Source of the DNA: Lama glama
Lineage: Eukaryota
Direction of reading: 5' to 3'
Length of the DNA stretch: 64,000 nucleotides
Assembly (NCBI GenBank): GCA_028534125.1
Contig: CM052816.1
Location: 43,216,001 to 43,280,000 of the forward strand
The position numbers were made by a program, and so were the translations under genes. Shown here in pieces: positions 10,309 to 23,300 of the stretch. Position 1 is the first letter of the stretch, and every line of letters begins with the position of its first letter. Under the pieces are notes generated by a model that worked only from the letters and a program-made list of their open reading frames with translations, searched no databases and was not told the DNA's origin.

Positions 10309-10685
10309 ACCAAGGCACATAATGATCAAATTGACAAAAATTAAGGATAGGGAGAAAATACTGAAATCAGTAAGAGAAAAGCAACGAATAGCATACAAGG
10401 GAACTCCCATGAGGTTGTCAGCTGATTTTTCAGCAGGAACTCCAAAAGCTGGAAGGGAGTGGCAAGATATATTTAAAGTTATGAAAGGAAAAGACTTACA
10501 GCCAAGAATACTCTTTCCAGCAAGGCTCTTGTTCAGACTTGATGGAGAAATCAGAAGCTTCACAGATAAACAAAAGCTAAAAGAATTCAGCGCCACCAAA
10601 CCAGCTTTACAACGAATGTTAAAGGAACCTCTCTAGTCATCAAACCACAAGAAAAGAAAACAAAAAGAAGAGAAGACCTACAAAA
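10305..10685 (+). mobile_element. L1 ORF1 C-terminal fragment (RRM/CTD part) plus inter-ORF spacer
   Basis: TPRHIMIKLTKIKDREKILKSVREKQRIAYKGTPMRLSADFS...REWQDIFKVMKGKDLQPRILFPARL...FTDKQKLKEFSATKPALQRMLKEPL* is unmistakable L1 ORF1p. Stop at 10636, then an A-rich spacer. Confidence 0.92.
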
Positions 10686-10784
10686 GACTGCTTTGGCAGT
10701 TCATGTAAATTTTGGAATTGTCTGTTCTAGTCAAGGCAAGCATTCTTACCCTGAAGATGCTGAGCCCTTTAACACATAAGCAGA

Positions 10785-10825
10785 ACATATGTACATTTTC
10801 TTTGTACATATGTACATTTTCTTTG
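10785..10825. repeat. Tandem duplication of acatatgtacattttctttg (period 21)
   Basis: Two identical 20-mers, at 10785 and 10806. Confidence 0.9.
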
Positions 10826-11484
10826 AAGACGATGATGATAACCTTCATTATGTTTTCAAAGGGGACCATGACTCTCTAGATCTACGATTTTAGAATTTTA
10901 GAAACAGCTTCCCATTGGCCATCTTATTTTCAAGAGTTTTCCCTTGATGCAGTGCCTGTCTAACAGGCAGTTTGTGGTTCTCTTTGAGTCTGTGTTTTCT
11001 ACATATGTCTAGCTTGGGATAGTATAAAGGCCCTGAATCCCTCCTTCTATCAGTCTTTCAAATTCGAACTAAGTACTGTATTAATTATTGCCTTTCTTGT
11101 ACTTATGCTTTTATCAGTCCTTGGCACTTTAATTAGATTCCTATCATAAAGAACAATTTCTTTTCCTAGAAGTTTTCCCATCTCTTGTCTAAGAAAACTT
11201 GAGTATTAAACTGTCCTTATTTCAAAACATTATCTTGCTCTTAAAATAGCATCTATTTTCTGTAATTTCATGTTTAATATATATATACTATACATCATTG
11301 TTTATTATACTAAAACTATGCCATAAGGATTTCTTTTTCAGAATAGCTGCTTTTGTTTTTGACTTTCTTCTGTAAACAGTCTTGCTTACTAAACAGTACT
11401 GGTTTCCTTGGCAGAATCTATTTTTGATTAATTCTTTTTAGAGTACAAAATTACATTACCTATGTGGAATAATGTTTTTACAAT

Positions 11485-11990
11485 GTAAACTACAATGCCA
11501 TTCCAATAAAATCCTAGTGGAATATGGGAGTGTTCCTTGACAAAGGGATTCTAAACTGAAAGAATAAAGCTTTGGGAAATAAGGAAAATTTCAAGATAAA
11601 GAGATAGGGAGGCCTTGTCCTACCAGATGTTACGAAACTACAATAATTTGAAGACAGCATTGTGGTCGTAATGAACAAAATAACAGAAACAAGTGTTTGG
11701 CTCATGAGCATGTGAATTGGTACAATCTTCATGAAAGGCTACTATGTGATTCACATGGGAAGTTTTTAAAATGTGTTTTCCATTTGGCTCATCATTTCAT
11801 CTTTTAAGAATGTTTATAAGGAAATAATTGTATATGTTTGCAAAAATTTAGTGGTAAGGATGGTCATCACAGCATTTTTTTTTAATTTTAACAATTAAAA
11901 GTTAGAAGCAATGATCAACAAAACACTAAGTAAATAAAAAGAAATACCATATATGATAAAAATTGACATAGTTTGAGATAGATTGTTAAA
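11485..11990 (+). mobile_element. Old L1M ORF2/3' fragment
   Basis: caatgccattccaataaaatcc (NAIPIKI) and gggaggccttgtcctaccagat (GGL.LPD) motifs, followed by degraded L1 3' sequence. Confidence 0.6.
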
Positions 11991-13465
11991 TGAGGCAAAA
12001 CAGTTTATGAAACTCCATGATGTCATTTTTTTATTTTTTAAAGAAAAGGGTATATATCATATAGTAAAATATATATATGTATATGTAGGTGTTGGTAATT
12101 TTTTTTAAAAATCTACTGTATGTATTATACAATTTAAAAATTCAAGAAATATTTCTAAATGAAGTCTCTAGGCAGTGTAGGATTTCTAAAAATAGTCATT
12201 CTTCTGGTCTTTTTTGTCTCTAAATGGTAATTTCTCATTATAAAGTAATATTTTAGACTAATAAATCTGGCCTTTTCCTTTTCAGTCAAGTTTGTAATTT
12301 CTTACAAAAAAGAAAACCAGTTATCAAACGAAGGAATATTGGGACATATCAGTTAGAAAGACATTGCTGAAAAAATAGGGGTTTTAAAAATCAGATGCCC
12401 ATTAATGTTAAAGAGCTGCAGTGTAGCTCAGTGAGTGAAGACACCTGCCATATGTCTGTTTTCCGGCACAGCATGGTAATTTACAATTACAATTAGTGTG
12501 TTTATATACCTCAGAGTAGTTAACCTATATTTAGAATATAATATAAGCCCAAATCATTTTCATGTTTCTGAATGTTTACTTTTCAATTTTAAAAAGCATT
12601 CAGAAATACCAAAATCCTGGTTTTTTCACAGTAGTATTCTCCTTACTTGTCATATTTGAAGCACCTAGATGAATATAAATGAGATCCGTGGATTTTCAGA
12701 TTTGAGGGCAGGGTCATTCCTGTGATTACAGCCCCAGCCGATTGAAAGATGAACTGTCATGAAGGGGATCTATTCCAATACCCAGCAAAATCCTTAAAAC
12801 GAGGTGTTAGCGTGCCTGTGGAAACACCAATGAGGAGAACCATTGCAAGAAGCTTTAGAAGACTGTGTGGTTTCCCTGACGGGCCACCTCCAGAAAACAA
12901 CCCTGCAGGCAGGTCAGTTGGGCTGCTGCTCTGCCACCTTACTGTTTAGCTGTGAGCCCTGCTTTGACTTCTGCAGCCACAAAATTAGCTCTGTTGGCAT
13001 TGAACTTGGGCTTCTTAGGCTTCCTTCTTCCAGTATCCAACGAAATCACAAAATACAAACCAGCTTCACTTACTGCTATTGACTCTTCTGCTGATGGCCT
13101 GCCAAAGACTATGGTTGGAAAAGGAAAAAGTGAAGCCTTCCTGGAATTCACTACATTTTAAAATCAATGTTCCCTTCTAAAATTGTACAACTTGTTATAC
13201 ATCTATTCTTCTTTTCAAAAGGAGTAACTATATTGTTTGATAGTTAGTCCTCTTCTTCCTTCCAGGTTGTATGGTGTAGACCTTCTTTTAGAAGTCAGTG
13301 CAGTGGCCAGGGCAGTGTATAAGATGCATTAAATGGAATAGTTGTCTTAGAGTGGATGGTGATGCTCCTGGAACAGCTGTGAAACTTTGGGTATTATTGA
13401 TTGAGTAGTGGGCAAATCTCAGCATAGACCTTTTTTGTGGAAAGAGAATTAGTTTCAGTATGCCA

Positions 13466-13857
13466 TGTGTTAGTTAGCTAGTGCTCCATAGTGAAGTACT
13501 ACAGCTTGGGGGGCTTAAAGAGCAGAAATTTATTTTCTCACAGTTCTAGGGGCCAGAGGTCTGAAATCAAGATGTCACAGGGTTGCTTCCTTCTGAGAGC
13601 TATGAGGGGAGGATCTCTGTTCCAGGTTCATAGATGGTATCCTTTACCCTTTGCTTCACATTATCTTCCCTGTGTACATATCTGTGTCCAAATTTCCTCT
13701 TCTTAGAAGGATGCTAGTCGTTGGATTAGGGCTACCCTAATGACATCATTTTAATATAATTATCTGTATAAAGATCCTTTCTCCAAATAAGGTCACATTT
13801 TGAGGTACTAGGGTTTAGGACTTCAACATATGAACTTTAGTGGGAAACAAGCTAAAA
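13466..13857 (-). mobile_element. MaLR (MLT1A/B-like) solo LTR with 5-bp TSD TGCCA
   Basis: cagaaatttattttctcacagttcta...ccaaataaggtcacattttgaggtactagggtttaggacttcaacatatgaa. TGCCA at 13461-13465 and 13858-13862. Confidence 0.85.
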
Positions 13858-13904
13858 TGCCAGCCTAATTAAAATTTAAGCTAGATTCAATGATTTGTTA
13901 ATGT

Positions 13905-14560
13905 AGTCATTGAATAAATACTGAGTACCTTATATAGCAGGTGGTGTCCTACGTGCTAAGATACAGTGGTGACCAAAACAGGTTCATCCTGACCCTCAGG
14001 GAGCTTAAAGTATGCTGAGGCACCCATATCAAACAAACAAACATGTGATGACTACTTGTGATAAATAGGATGGGGTGTCAGGTGTTGGGGTCTTCATTTA
14101 GATTTATGGTCCTTTTGTTACATGAGTATTGCCTCTGATAACATCAATTGTTAACCAATATTCTAAACCAGAGGGATTGGCAGAGGAAGTGTGATTCCTT
14201 AGCCAAGGCATAGCTGGGGAGACAGGCATTTCCGGGTTCAAGTCTCAGCTCAGTAACCTACAATCTCTGTTACTTGAAATGACTTACATCTTTCAGCCTC
14301 AGTTTCTCATCAGTAATATATGTCTAGCAATCCACAGGGTGAGAGTTGATAAACAGATAAAATCAGGTCATATAGTAAGAAACCCCTAGGACTTCCCTTT
14401 TATACAGTAGGCACCCAATCATTTTTCTCTTCATTATATCTTCATTGTACCTTATCTGTGCTTTATGTATAGCTCATAAATTCTTCTTTTGCATGATAGG
14501 AACTTTCATATAGTAGGTGCTCAGTGATCAGTAGCCAAAACTGAATGAATGAAAGAAAAG
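13905..14560. mobile_element. L2 and MIR fragments between the two MaLR LTRs
   Basis: Antisense L2 tail at ~13905-14010; MIR core (gggttcaagtctcagctc...cagcctcagtttctcatc) at ~14230-14320; sense L2 tail tagtaggtgctca...gaatgaatgaa at ~14510-14555. Confidence 0.6.
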
Positions 14561-15058
14561 AAAAAGTAGAGACAGTAGTTTCAGTTGCTAGAAGACTTAC
14601 TATCTGATACTGGGAAATGACTTTTGAAATTGTAGTAACCGGAAAACATTTATAAAGCCAGTTTCCATAGCTGTCAAATGACAACTAAGTAAGGGAACGA
14701 ATGATAAGGTTTTGGAAGGATTTAGATAAAGACTTTTTGAAAACCCATATAACGTCTTATAATTGAAAGGAATGATCTCTGAAGTTGTTTCTAGCTATAA
14801 TAATTGTAAGAGTCTCCATGAATAAGAACAAAACAATGCACTGCAGGTTGAATGTAGAGGCTACAAGGATACAGGGAATAGGAATGGACAGAGTTGGGTG
14901 ACAGTGGTCCTCCTACTGTGATCACCACTTAAACCTTTCCTTCCTGGTCTCCTGCTGTGGTCACAGTTGCCTCCCAAATGCAAGCACAGTCCTGCCTTTA
15001 CTCATGCTGTTTCTTCATTGAACATCCACGTGCTCTGGCTTTGCTGTCCAAAGCCTGC

Positions 15059-15488
15059 TGTGTTAGTTTGCCAGGGCTGCCACAACAAAGTACCACAGAT
15101 TGGTGGCCCAAACAACAGAAGTTTATTGTCTCACAGTTCCAGAGACTTGAAGTCCAAGATTAAGACATGGATAGGATTGGTTCTTTCTGGGGCTGTGAGG
15201 GAAGGATATGTTCAAGGCCTCTAAGGCCTCTCTCCTTGGTTTGCAGGTGGCTGTCTTCTGTCTAATGTCTCTTTACACTGTGTTCCCTCTATACATGTCT
15301 CTGTGTTCAGATTTCCCCCTTTAATAAGGGCACCAATCATATTGGATTAGGGCCCACCCTATTGACCTCATTTTACCTTGATTACTTCTGTAAAGACCCT
15401 GTCTCCAAATAAGGTCACATTCTGAGGTTTTAGGGGTTAGGATTTCAACATATAAATTAAGGAGAGGAACCCATTTCAACCCGAAACA
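15059..15488 (-). mobile_element. MaLR (MLT1B/C-like) solo LTR with perfect 5-bp TSD CCTGC
   Basis: TG...CA termini, typical MLT1 motifs (ggattagggcccaccct, ccaaataaggtcacattctgagg). CCTGC at 15054-15058 and 15489-15493. Confidence 0.9.
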
Positions 15489-18400
15489 CCTGCCACTCCT
15501 GATACAGTGAAAATATAGGTGTGTGTTGTGGAAGAAGGTGTAGGAACCCAGAGAGACTTGTTTATTTTTTCTTACAAAGGAGTTAAATAAGAGCTGGTGT
15601 AGTGGAAAGGAAAGAGCATTAACCATAGCGTCAGACAGCCCCAGATCTGCATTCTGTCTCGAGGCCATTCACACAGGTAACATCACCACTCCAGGGTTCC
15701 CCCTCAGGAAAATTTCAAGAAAAATAACATTTTTCCCTCCCAATGAATGACTTTACGGGCTGAAGAATTACAGTAGCTACTGATTTCTATCTATTTTAGG
15801 AGCCGAACAGTTGGACTCTCCTCAGCGAGATTGAGAGGCATTATCTTAGGAAGGAAATTTTGGATATTTTGATAAAAATATGATTCTTCCTTTCCCCAGG
15901 AAAATCGATATGTGAGCCTATTGAGAAAGCCTTGTCACTTTCTGCTAAGCATTGCCAGCCACTAATTTCATCAAGCTAATGTAACAGGACAGTCAAGTGG
16001 CTTGCCTTTAATTTGCTGTGATCATGTTATATTTATGAAAAGCAGAGGTACAACAGCCAATAGCAAGTGTTTAGAGACTGATTGTTTTCATAGTTTTAAG
16101 AACATTGCTAAATCTAAGTAGACAGTAAATTTTCTCAGTATGTGAAATGTAAATCATTCTTTCTGTATAATAAGTCATTAAGTACATGAAAATATTACAA
16201 ATGATTACCTCGTTTCAAACATATTTTCACAACACCAGTCTGCTTGCAAAATTGGTATTACCTTTGAGATTTAAACTAAAGAGGCGGGAAAAGGCTTACC
16301 ATACGGGGATTTATTGTGTTGTTCTTTCCTCTCCCGAAAAGGCAGTCACAGCAGCACCATAGGCAGAAAAGAATGTTCTGCTACTACTGTGTCACATCAT
16401 TAAAGTAGTTAATCTAAAGCCATAAATTTTTATCTTCTGGGCCAAGAACTTTAAGGAAAATACTAACAAGAATGTTATACTTTTAAATGAGAAGTGAAAG
16501 AATCTTAATCCTTTTTATTTGTGTTTCCAAAAATGGCACCTTCCATAAAAAAAATTGTATTTTTAAAATTTTTAAACAGAATTTTTGCACTAGTCAGTAA
16601 ACTAATTATTTGGTGAACATTCTCTGTGCACATATATACACCATGTGAACATTTAGGAAACAGAAGGTGCCTGAATTTGTGAGATTTAAATATTTTCTCA
16701 CAGTTGATCCAGTGATAATGCAGTTGAAATAAAACCACATATAAATGAAATACCACTTTCTACAAAAAAGCAAGTATAGGTTTTCTATCATTGTTTTAAA
16801 GAGGACAATACTGATTCCATTTATTCAATGGAACATCTTATAAATTGTCAGCATGTTCACCTCCATATGCCTTCTAAGACTAACCCGTGAAACTCTGCCT
16901 GTCCTAATCTGCATGTACATTTAATTACAGTATCTGACTACATGTATTTTTAATGCTCAGTATTTGTGCAAATATTATTAAATTTTGAAAGTATAAATAA
17001 AGTAATGATTTGGTTTCTCACCTATTCTTTTAAGAAACATGTGCACACGTATACTGATAGTCATATTGTAAATTTATTATGCAAAATATGACCTGTGTAG
17101 ATCAAAGGTAATACATTAGACCATGGCATGCAAAAGGATAATGCCCAGCAGAACAGCTTTGGGCCATCTCCCAGACATCCTTGCTGTGGCCCCAAACTAA
17201 CTCCTGCTTTTCCTCCAGGTTCCACAGTCTCATAAGCAGTAGTAGTATACCCCTGTACTTCCTCACAGATGGAGTATTTACTAAGCACCTGTTAAGGGCT
17301 GGGCATTGAAGATTCAGAATTAGACCAGGTTCACTTGGGTTAGATAGAGGAAAGACGTGAGAAAACCAAGGATCACCTCACCAGTGGGCGGTATTAGAGG
17401 GAAGGACAGAAGAGCAACACGGAGGAAGGAGCATCTAAGTCAGTGAGGGCTGTCTGTCCCATTTAGAGCGGAGACAACTTGAGCTGAGGAAGACTTGAAG
17501 GATGACTAGGGGTTGTTAAGTGGAGGGTGTGAGAAGGGAGAGAGGGAAGACCGAAAGTCAGGAATGGGAGGAAAATAGAAAGGGCTTGGTTTAGACTGGA
17601 ATCCAGGCTGTGATTAGTTACTGCAATTGAGCGTTAAATACAGTGGCTAAAATCCTGACAGCCATAGCAAAAAGCTATGTAGTTCCCAGTGCATAAACCT
17701 AATTAAACAAATCTTTCAGAATGCATTAGGAAAAATATTTCCTCAACATTAAATTTAAAGATTAATATCTCAATCTTAAGGAGACATTGAATAACACAAT
17801 AGATAATGTCTTGAACTGAAGTACTTCGGTTGTTGTTGCTGTTGTTTAAGACACAAAATCATTTCTTCACATGACTGGTTCTTATATTGGCTTTTGACAA
17901 ATAGCCTGAGTCTTAATACTAAGATCCAAGGTTCTGAAGGCCTTTGTTCCAGGAAATAAAATAGTTTTGTACAGGCGTAAAGCTTCCAGATGGTTTGCTT
18001 TTGCACTACTGATCAGCAAATCTGGAGAAATTAATGGTTAGTAGATCCACTGGTCTATTCTTCTCAAGAGTCAATTGTCTCCAATAGGCTTTTGATAAAA
18101 AGCTATTAATCAGTTCCTTTTAGTTTATTACAGTATCATAAGGAACACTGAGAAGAGTTTGATAATTGAAAAACCCATCAGGCACCAAAGACAATGTCTT
18201 AAGTAGTAGCTTAGTTGCCTTTGTTTGCAAAAAAAAAAAAATGTGATTGGAAACCTTATTGACTGTCGTGGAACACAGTCATTCTGTCTCTGCCCACAGC
18301 TCACATCCAAAGAGGGTGCCCAGCATGGTACTGGTGACAGAACTGATATCAGTAAATGTGCATACCAGACAGTTGATTTAAGATAAATAATCAATTTCAT

Positions 18401-19879
18401 CTGTGTTTTATTTGCATATGAAATAAAAATGATTGATAGGCTCCTGTACAGAATCATTCTAACAACCAAAAAACAAACAGAAACTCTCATAGGAATTATT
18501 GAAAAGTACTTAGCAAGGCATAAAGAAAGATGCAGTGCTTAATAATGCCTTTTTAAATAAAATTTAAAACCTATAGATCTTCAGTTACGAAGTCCAGTGT
18601 TGCTTCCATTGTGAATAGTGAAATGCTTTAACACTTAAAGTAGTTTTTAAGAAACTTTCTAAAATGACTCCATAGTATCAGTGTAGAATTTGAAGAAGAT
18701 TAAAATTTTTTTCCTAAATCTTGCAAACCCACCAGTGTCAGAAGCCATCAATAAACACATTGAGTCTTGACACCCATGCTTTGTCTTTGAATACTGAGTG
18801 ACCCTTTTTAGTGTAAGTTATTTCAGCAAAGTTTGTTTTGAAGATAGGCCAAAAATCTATTAGGATCCAGCATTGACAGATATGTGTCTTACGAGTTTAG
18901 GTCACTTCTATAAATCTGAAAATCCCCAAAGTCTCTATAATGAAACAGTTGTTAGGTAAATAATTTGAGTCCGGCTCGTGTTTGGGGCATTCCATTGGGG
19001 AACTGCCCTTCCAGGCACTTCCTACCAGCAGAGAACAGCTAGAAGGCAGAGAGCCTGAAAACTTTAGGTTTCTCGAAGTTAACTATGTTGGAATTTAAAA
19101 AGGATATTTAGAAAGTAGGAGATAAGTAATTATTTTGAGAACACTGAGATATTTTTATTGGAGTTCTTTATAACTCAACTTGAAGTGGAATATAGCTCAC
19201 ACGAAGCATGATGCCAGATGACAGTTATTTTCCAGTCAGTTCCTAAAGTGGTTGATATGTTATAGTTCAAGCAACATGAAAATTCATTCTGGAAAAGCAT
19301 TTATTGTCCAAGGTCTTCTGCTTTCTTAAGCAAGAGAAATAGATATACCCAGCTCTCAGTTGTTGATGAGTGAATTGTATATTTGCAATTGCATTATTTG
19401 ACATTATCTGCAACAGAACCATGATCTGTCCCTTATTCCCCAGTATGTTTCTGTGCCACTTCCTCCCAATACCAAACTCTTGTGTTGTCAATAAATGCAA
19501 GCTACTTTTAACTGTGCCTAGAAAAACATCAGAGTAAATCACTTCTCCTCCCCCACCACCCTCCTTCCTTCATTATTTTAAAGTATTAGGAAACTTGGTA
19601 TGAGTTACTTTGGCTTACCCTTTTTAGTTACCTATAGGACTCGCATGGCTAATCCAGACACTTCTTGCCCTTAAACACGTATTAACATTTAAAAAATGCC
19701 ACTAGTAAAATTTACTATGTAGTTATTTTACAGATTCAGATGTGTACACATGAATTCAAATATGCACACATTAATATCAGCCTCACATTTTATACGAGTT
19801 GAAAAAAGTGTAGAATATAATGTAGCTTTTTCAATTTCTGTTTTAGTACAGACGCTCATCATTATAAATTATATAACTC

Positions 19880-20330
19880 CAATTCACCTGCTTACCAAAA
19901 AAAAAAGGCAGGTATTGATTCATGTAAATAGAAAAGCCCAGGGGTAGATCTGCTTCTGGTACTACTAGATACTAGGGCTCAAACTCTGTGACCAAGACTC
20001 TCCCTCCATCTCCTTCTCTACTTTTCCTTGCCTCTTGCCCTCATTCTTTCTTGCTCGTAGACAGGGTTTCCTTCACATAGAAATGGAGGGTAGCTCCAAT
20101 TAGTTGCAACATTTTCTATTCAGCATTAGCCCAGATAAAAAGCTCTAGCATTCAAATAAGAATCTTAGTGAAAACTCTTATTGGCCCTGCTGGGTACTGT
20201 GATGATCCCTGAGCTAATCGCTGAAGCCAGGGAGACCGAATAGTAGGACTGGCTGTGAATGACCAGCCTGGGCCAGCCATGTCTATGAGGGGGCTGGGAC
20301 GGGGGGAGGACATTGTAATTGCTGCCCAGC
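19880..20330 (-). mobile_element. Old MaLR (MLT1J/K-like) LTR relic
   Basis: ggctcaaac...tctccctccatctc and ctcttattggcc...tccctgagctaatc motifs resemble old MLT1. Highly diverged. Confidence 0.45.
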
Positions 20331-23300
20331 AAAGGACTGGGTGACGTGAAGACTGTGTGCTTCCCCAAAGAAGAGCTTTGGATATGTCCACTAGAGTTAT
20401 CCTTGTATCAGTTTCTCTGGTCTCTTGGAATATTTAATATATGTGTCACAATCAGATGCGTATGTTATCTGATGCAGAGAGAAGAGAAAACATGGGATAA
20501 CTCAATACCAAAAGATCTTATATTTTGAACACTTGAACTGATCCATCAGCAGACTGTTATTCATGCTTGTGACTTTGAAATCGTTCACACAACGCCCTGA
20601 GTCATTTTACTGTGTTTACTGATTCCATGTGCCACTGCGCGGAGGGCCTAGTTGCAGTAGCATTCGTTCCCGCCAGTGCTGTCGGGTCCTGGGCTGGCAC
20701 CTCTCATTTCCTCACCTGGATCCTAAGATAGCTTAATAGCATCTGTACCATAGACCAGTTTTAACATTTGAACATACACAGGCTTAGTCCACTAGTTCTT
20801 CCTACTAATCCTACTTTATCCATTACGCTTCAAATTACTCTTCTCAGGGGAGAGCTGCTAATATTTGGGGCTTATTTTCCCCAATATTTAATTTCTCTCT
20901 TGGTCATGCTTTCATTTGGTATCTCTCTTCTAACACATAGTAATAGATTGTAATCATCTGTTTTATAGAAATTCTTTCAGATTACCAGAGTTCTGTACTT
21001 TGGGAAAAATTGTCCCTTAACTCTCACAGATAAATATATTATGTTTGATTTTTTTAATTGCAGTAAAAAAAATTTTTTAATGTGGGATCTGTTATGTTAT
21101 CCACAAATTATTTTTATGTCTAATTGAGATAAGATAGGTTCTTGCAATCTGTTTACTTTTGTCCTTTTCCCCAATTCTGGTTTTCTGTTTCTTATTCCCC
21201 TACTTATTTTATTGTATGTGATCTTCTTGTTATCTGCCTTAAATCCTTTATGGGAAGAAGTGGGGATATCAACAAGTCAAGCAAACTGAAATCCCCAATG
21301 CATCATTTGCTCTTCCTCCTCTTTTGTCCTTAGAGAAGACAGAAAATGTATGATCAGTGTCCTCTCAATGCTTTAAATACAGTAAGGATATTTAATATAA
21401 CCTAGTGACTCTATTTCAAAGTTAGATTGCTCTCACACACAGAGAAGAAACTTATTAAATATATTGATAGACAAATCAATTTATTATAAAATACTGTTTC
21501 ATTGTGATTACAAGACAGTTTCACCTACTTGAAGTCTGAATAATATATCTTGCATTCAATGTGATAGGAAAGTGTGTCATACCTTAATTGGCAGTGTTTT
21601 TTCCAAGTGGTATGTGGAGTGTTGGTGAATCTTAAAATCAAAGGCATTTGGGGTTTGATGATACGTAATACTCATTATCCATCTACATTTTCCCAAAGAG
21701 TTTCATCTAAGTCAAAATTCTGTTGGTCCCATCTTTTAAGAACATCAGGCTACGTGTAAAGATGCCCTTTTGTAAAACTAAGTTTATTTTTGTAACATTA
21801 ATAGAGATTCCCTAATGTGTCAATTGTATAAAATCAAAATTTTCTTATTGTATTTGTTACCTCACAGCACACTTAGGTGAACAATGCTTTTTTCAGCCAT
21901 CAGTTTCACAGTTTTTTTTAATATGCACAAAGAAAAACTACTGGTGTCACTTAGATATTAGTCATTTATTTTTAAGATATAGAAGTAATTTTATATGTTT
22001 CATTCAAAGCAAAAACAACATGACGTGAGAACCTACAATGTTATATGTGAAACTATTTACATTAATCTCGATAACTCAGTTATGACTCTTTTGCTTTAAA
22101 TCTCTTTGGTATGTTTCTGTTCTGATTGACTGCCTGGTTTAAAGATTAATGTTACAGGGTAATTTACTGCAGCTTCACAGATGGTATTTGAATCTTTGTA
22201 AATGGGCTTTGGAATCTACGTACAATTCCATATAATGTTAGGCTACCATCAATGTAAATGTTGAACTTAAAACGGTTCTAAAAGATCATGATAGAAATTT
22301 CATTATCCCTTTCTGAAAACCGTAAATTTTGAGGAGATTTCATGGGCTAAGTATTTTTACTTCACTAGCGTGGTTAAGGTATAACTAGCTCCTTATATTT
22401 GAAATCACCAGTCCCTATATGTTGAAAATAAACATAAAAAATAAATTACCTCGTTTTAAACTATACTGAAGTTCTAGTCATAGGAGAAGTTACTGTTCTT
22501 ATTTTTACAGCTTCCTACATGAAATGCTTTATAGAATCCACAAACACACATTGCTTTTAGTGTCTTTCCTTTGATGTCTATAAAAGACCCATTCAGAACG
22601 GGAGGTAAGTGCTTCTAATGTGCAGAGCAGAATTTGGCTGAAGTTATTTGAAGCTATTAGAGATAACCTTTCTCTCCATGTCTTTTGAGGAAAAAACTGG
22701 TACCAACAATGCCAGTTAAGCTGTAATTAGAGTAACTAACAACTAATAAGAAAGAGCAGACTAGAGGTCATTCTTAAGAATTTAAAGGTATTAACAGGTT
22801 AAGGTTGTAGGGCATCCTATCCCCCAGCTTAATCTGTTGCCCTCGCTGGTGAGATTTGTCGAAGTCATCAGTGCCCTCTAACCCCGAGGTGTTGCTCTCT
22901 CATAATTTATTGGTCACATGCCAAGTTCCTCTTTCCTGTCTAGTGAGATGACTCTGGGAATGGCAAATTCATTTTAAAGTTCTTGTTACAAATGCCTGCA
23001 GATTTCCAGCTTTTTAATGTAGATAAAGGATTATAACTTAATTTGTTTTAATGTTCTTGTCCTACCAGCCTTAGACTACACTGAAATTGTCATTTTGCTA
23101 TATTACAGAATATAATTTGTTGAGATGATTTAACATGTATTATAAGAGGAACGCTAAAAAATCTAACTATTAAATCAGCTGTTGTGTAACTGATTCTAAT
23201 ACATACTGAATATTCCACTTCTTAGGAGCCACTTCTTCAAGTTTAATTGCCCACCGGTGGCTTTTGTTTATGTTTACGGTCAACTCTAACGCACTTAAAG

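Noticed and set aside
10265..10636. 123-aa ORF as a host gene
   Set aside because: L1 ORF1 fragment whose ATG comes from an out-of-frame ORF2 piece. Lacks the coiled-coil N-terminus.
12952..13161. 69-aa ORF with a signal-peptide-like hydrophobic stretch
   Set aside because: Starts at GTG, has no promoter or homology support, and ORFs of this size are expected by chance.
13466..15488. Two same-orientation MLT1 LTRs 1.2 kb apart, suggesting a full LTR-int-LTR MaLR
   Set aside because: Each LTR has its own 5-bp TSD (TGCCA; CCTGC), and the spacer holds older L2/MIR relics. They are independent solo LTRs.
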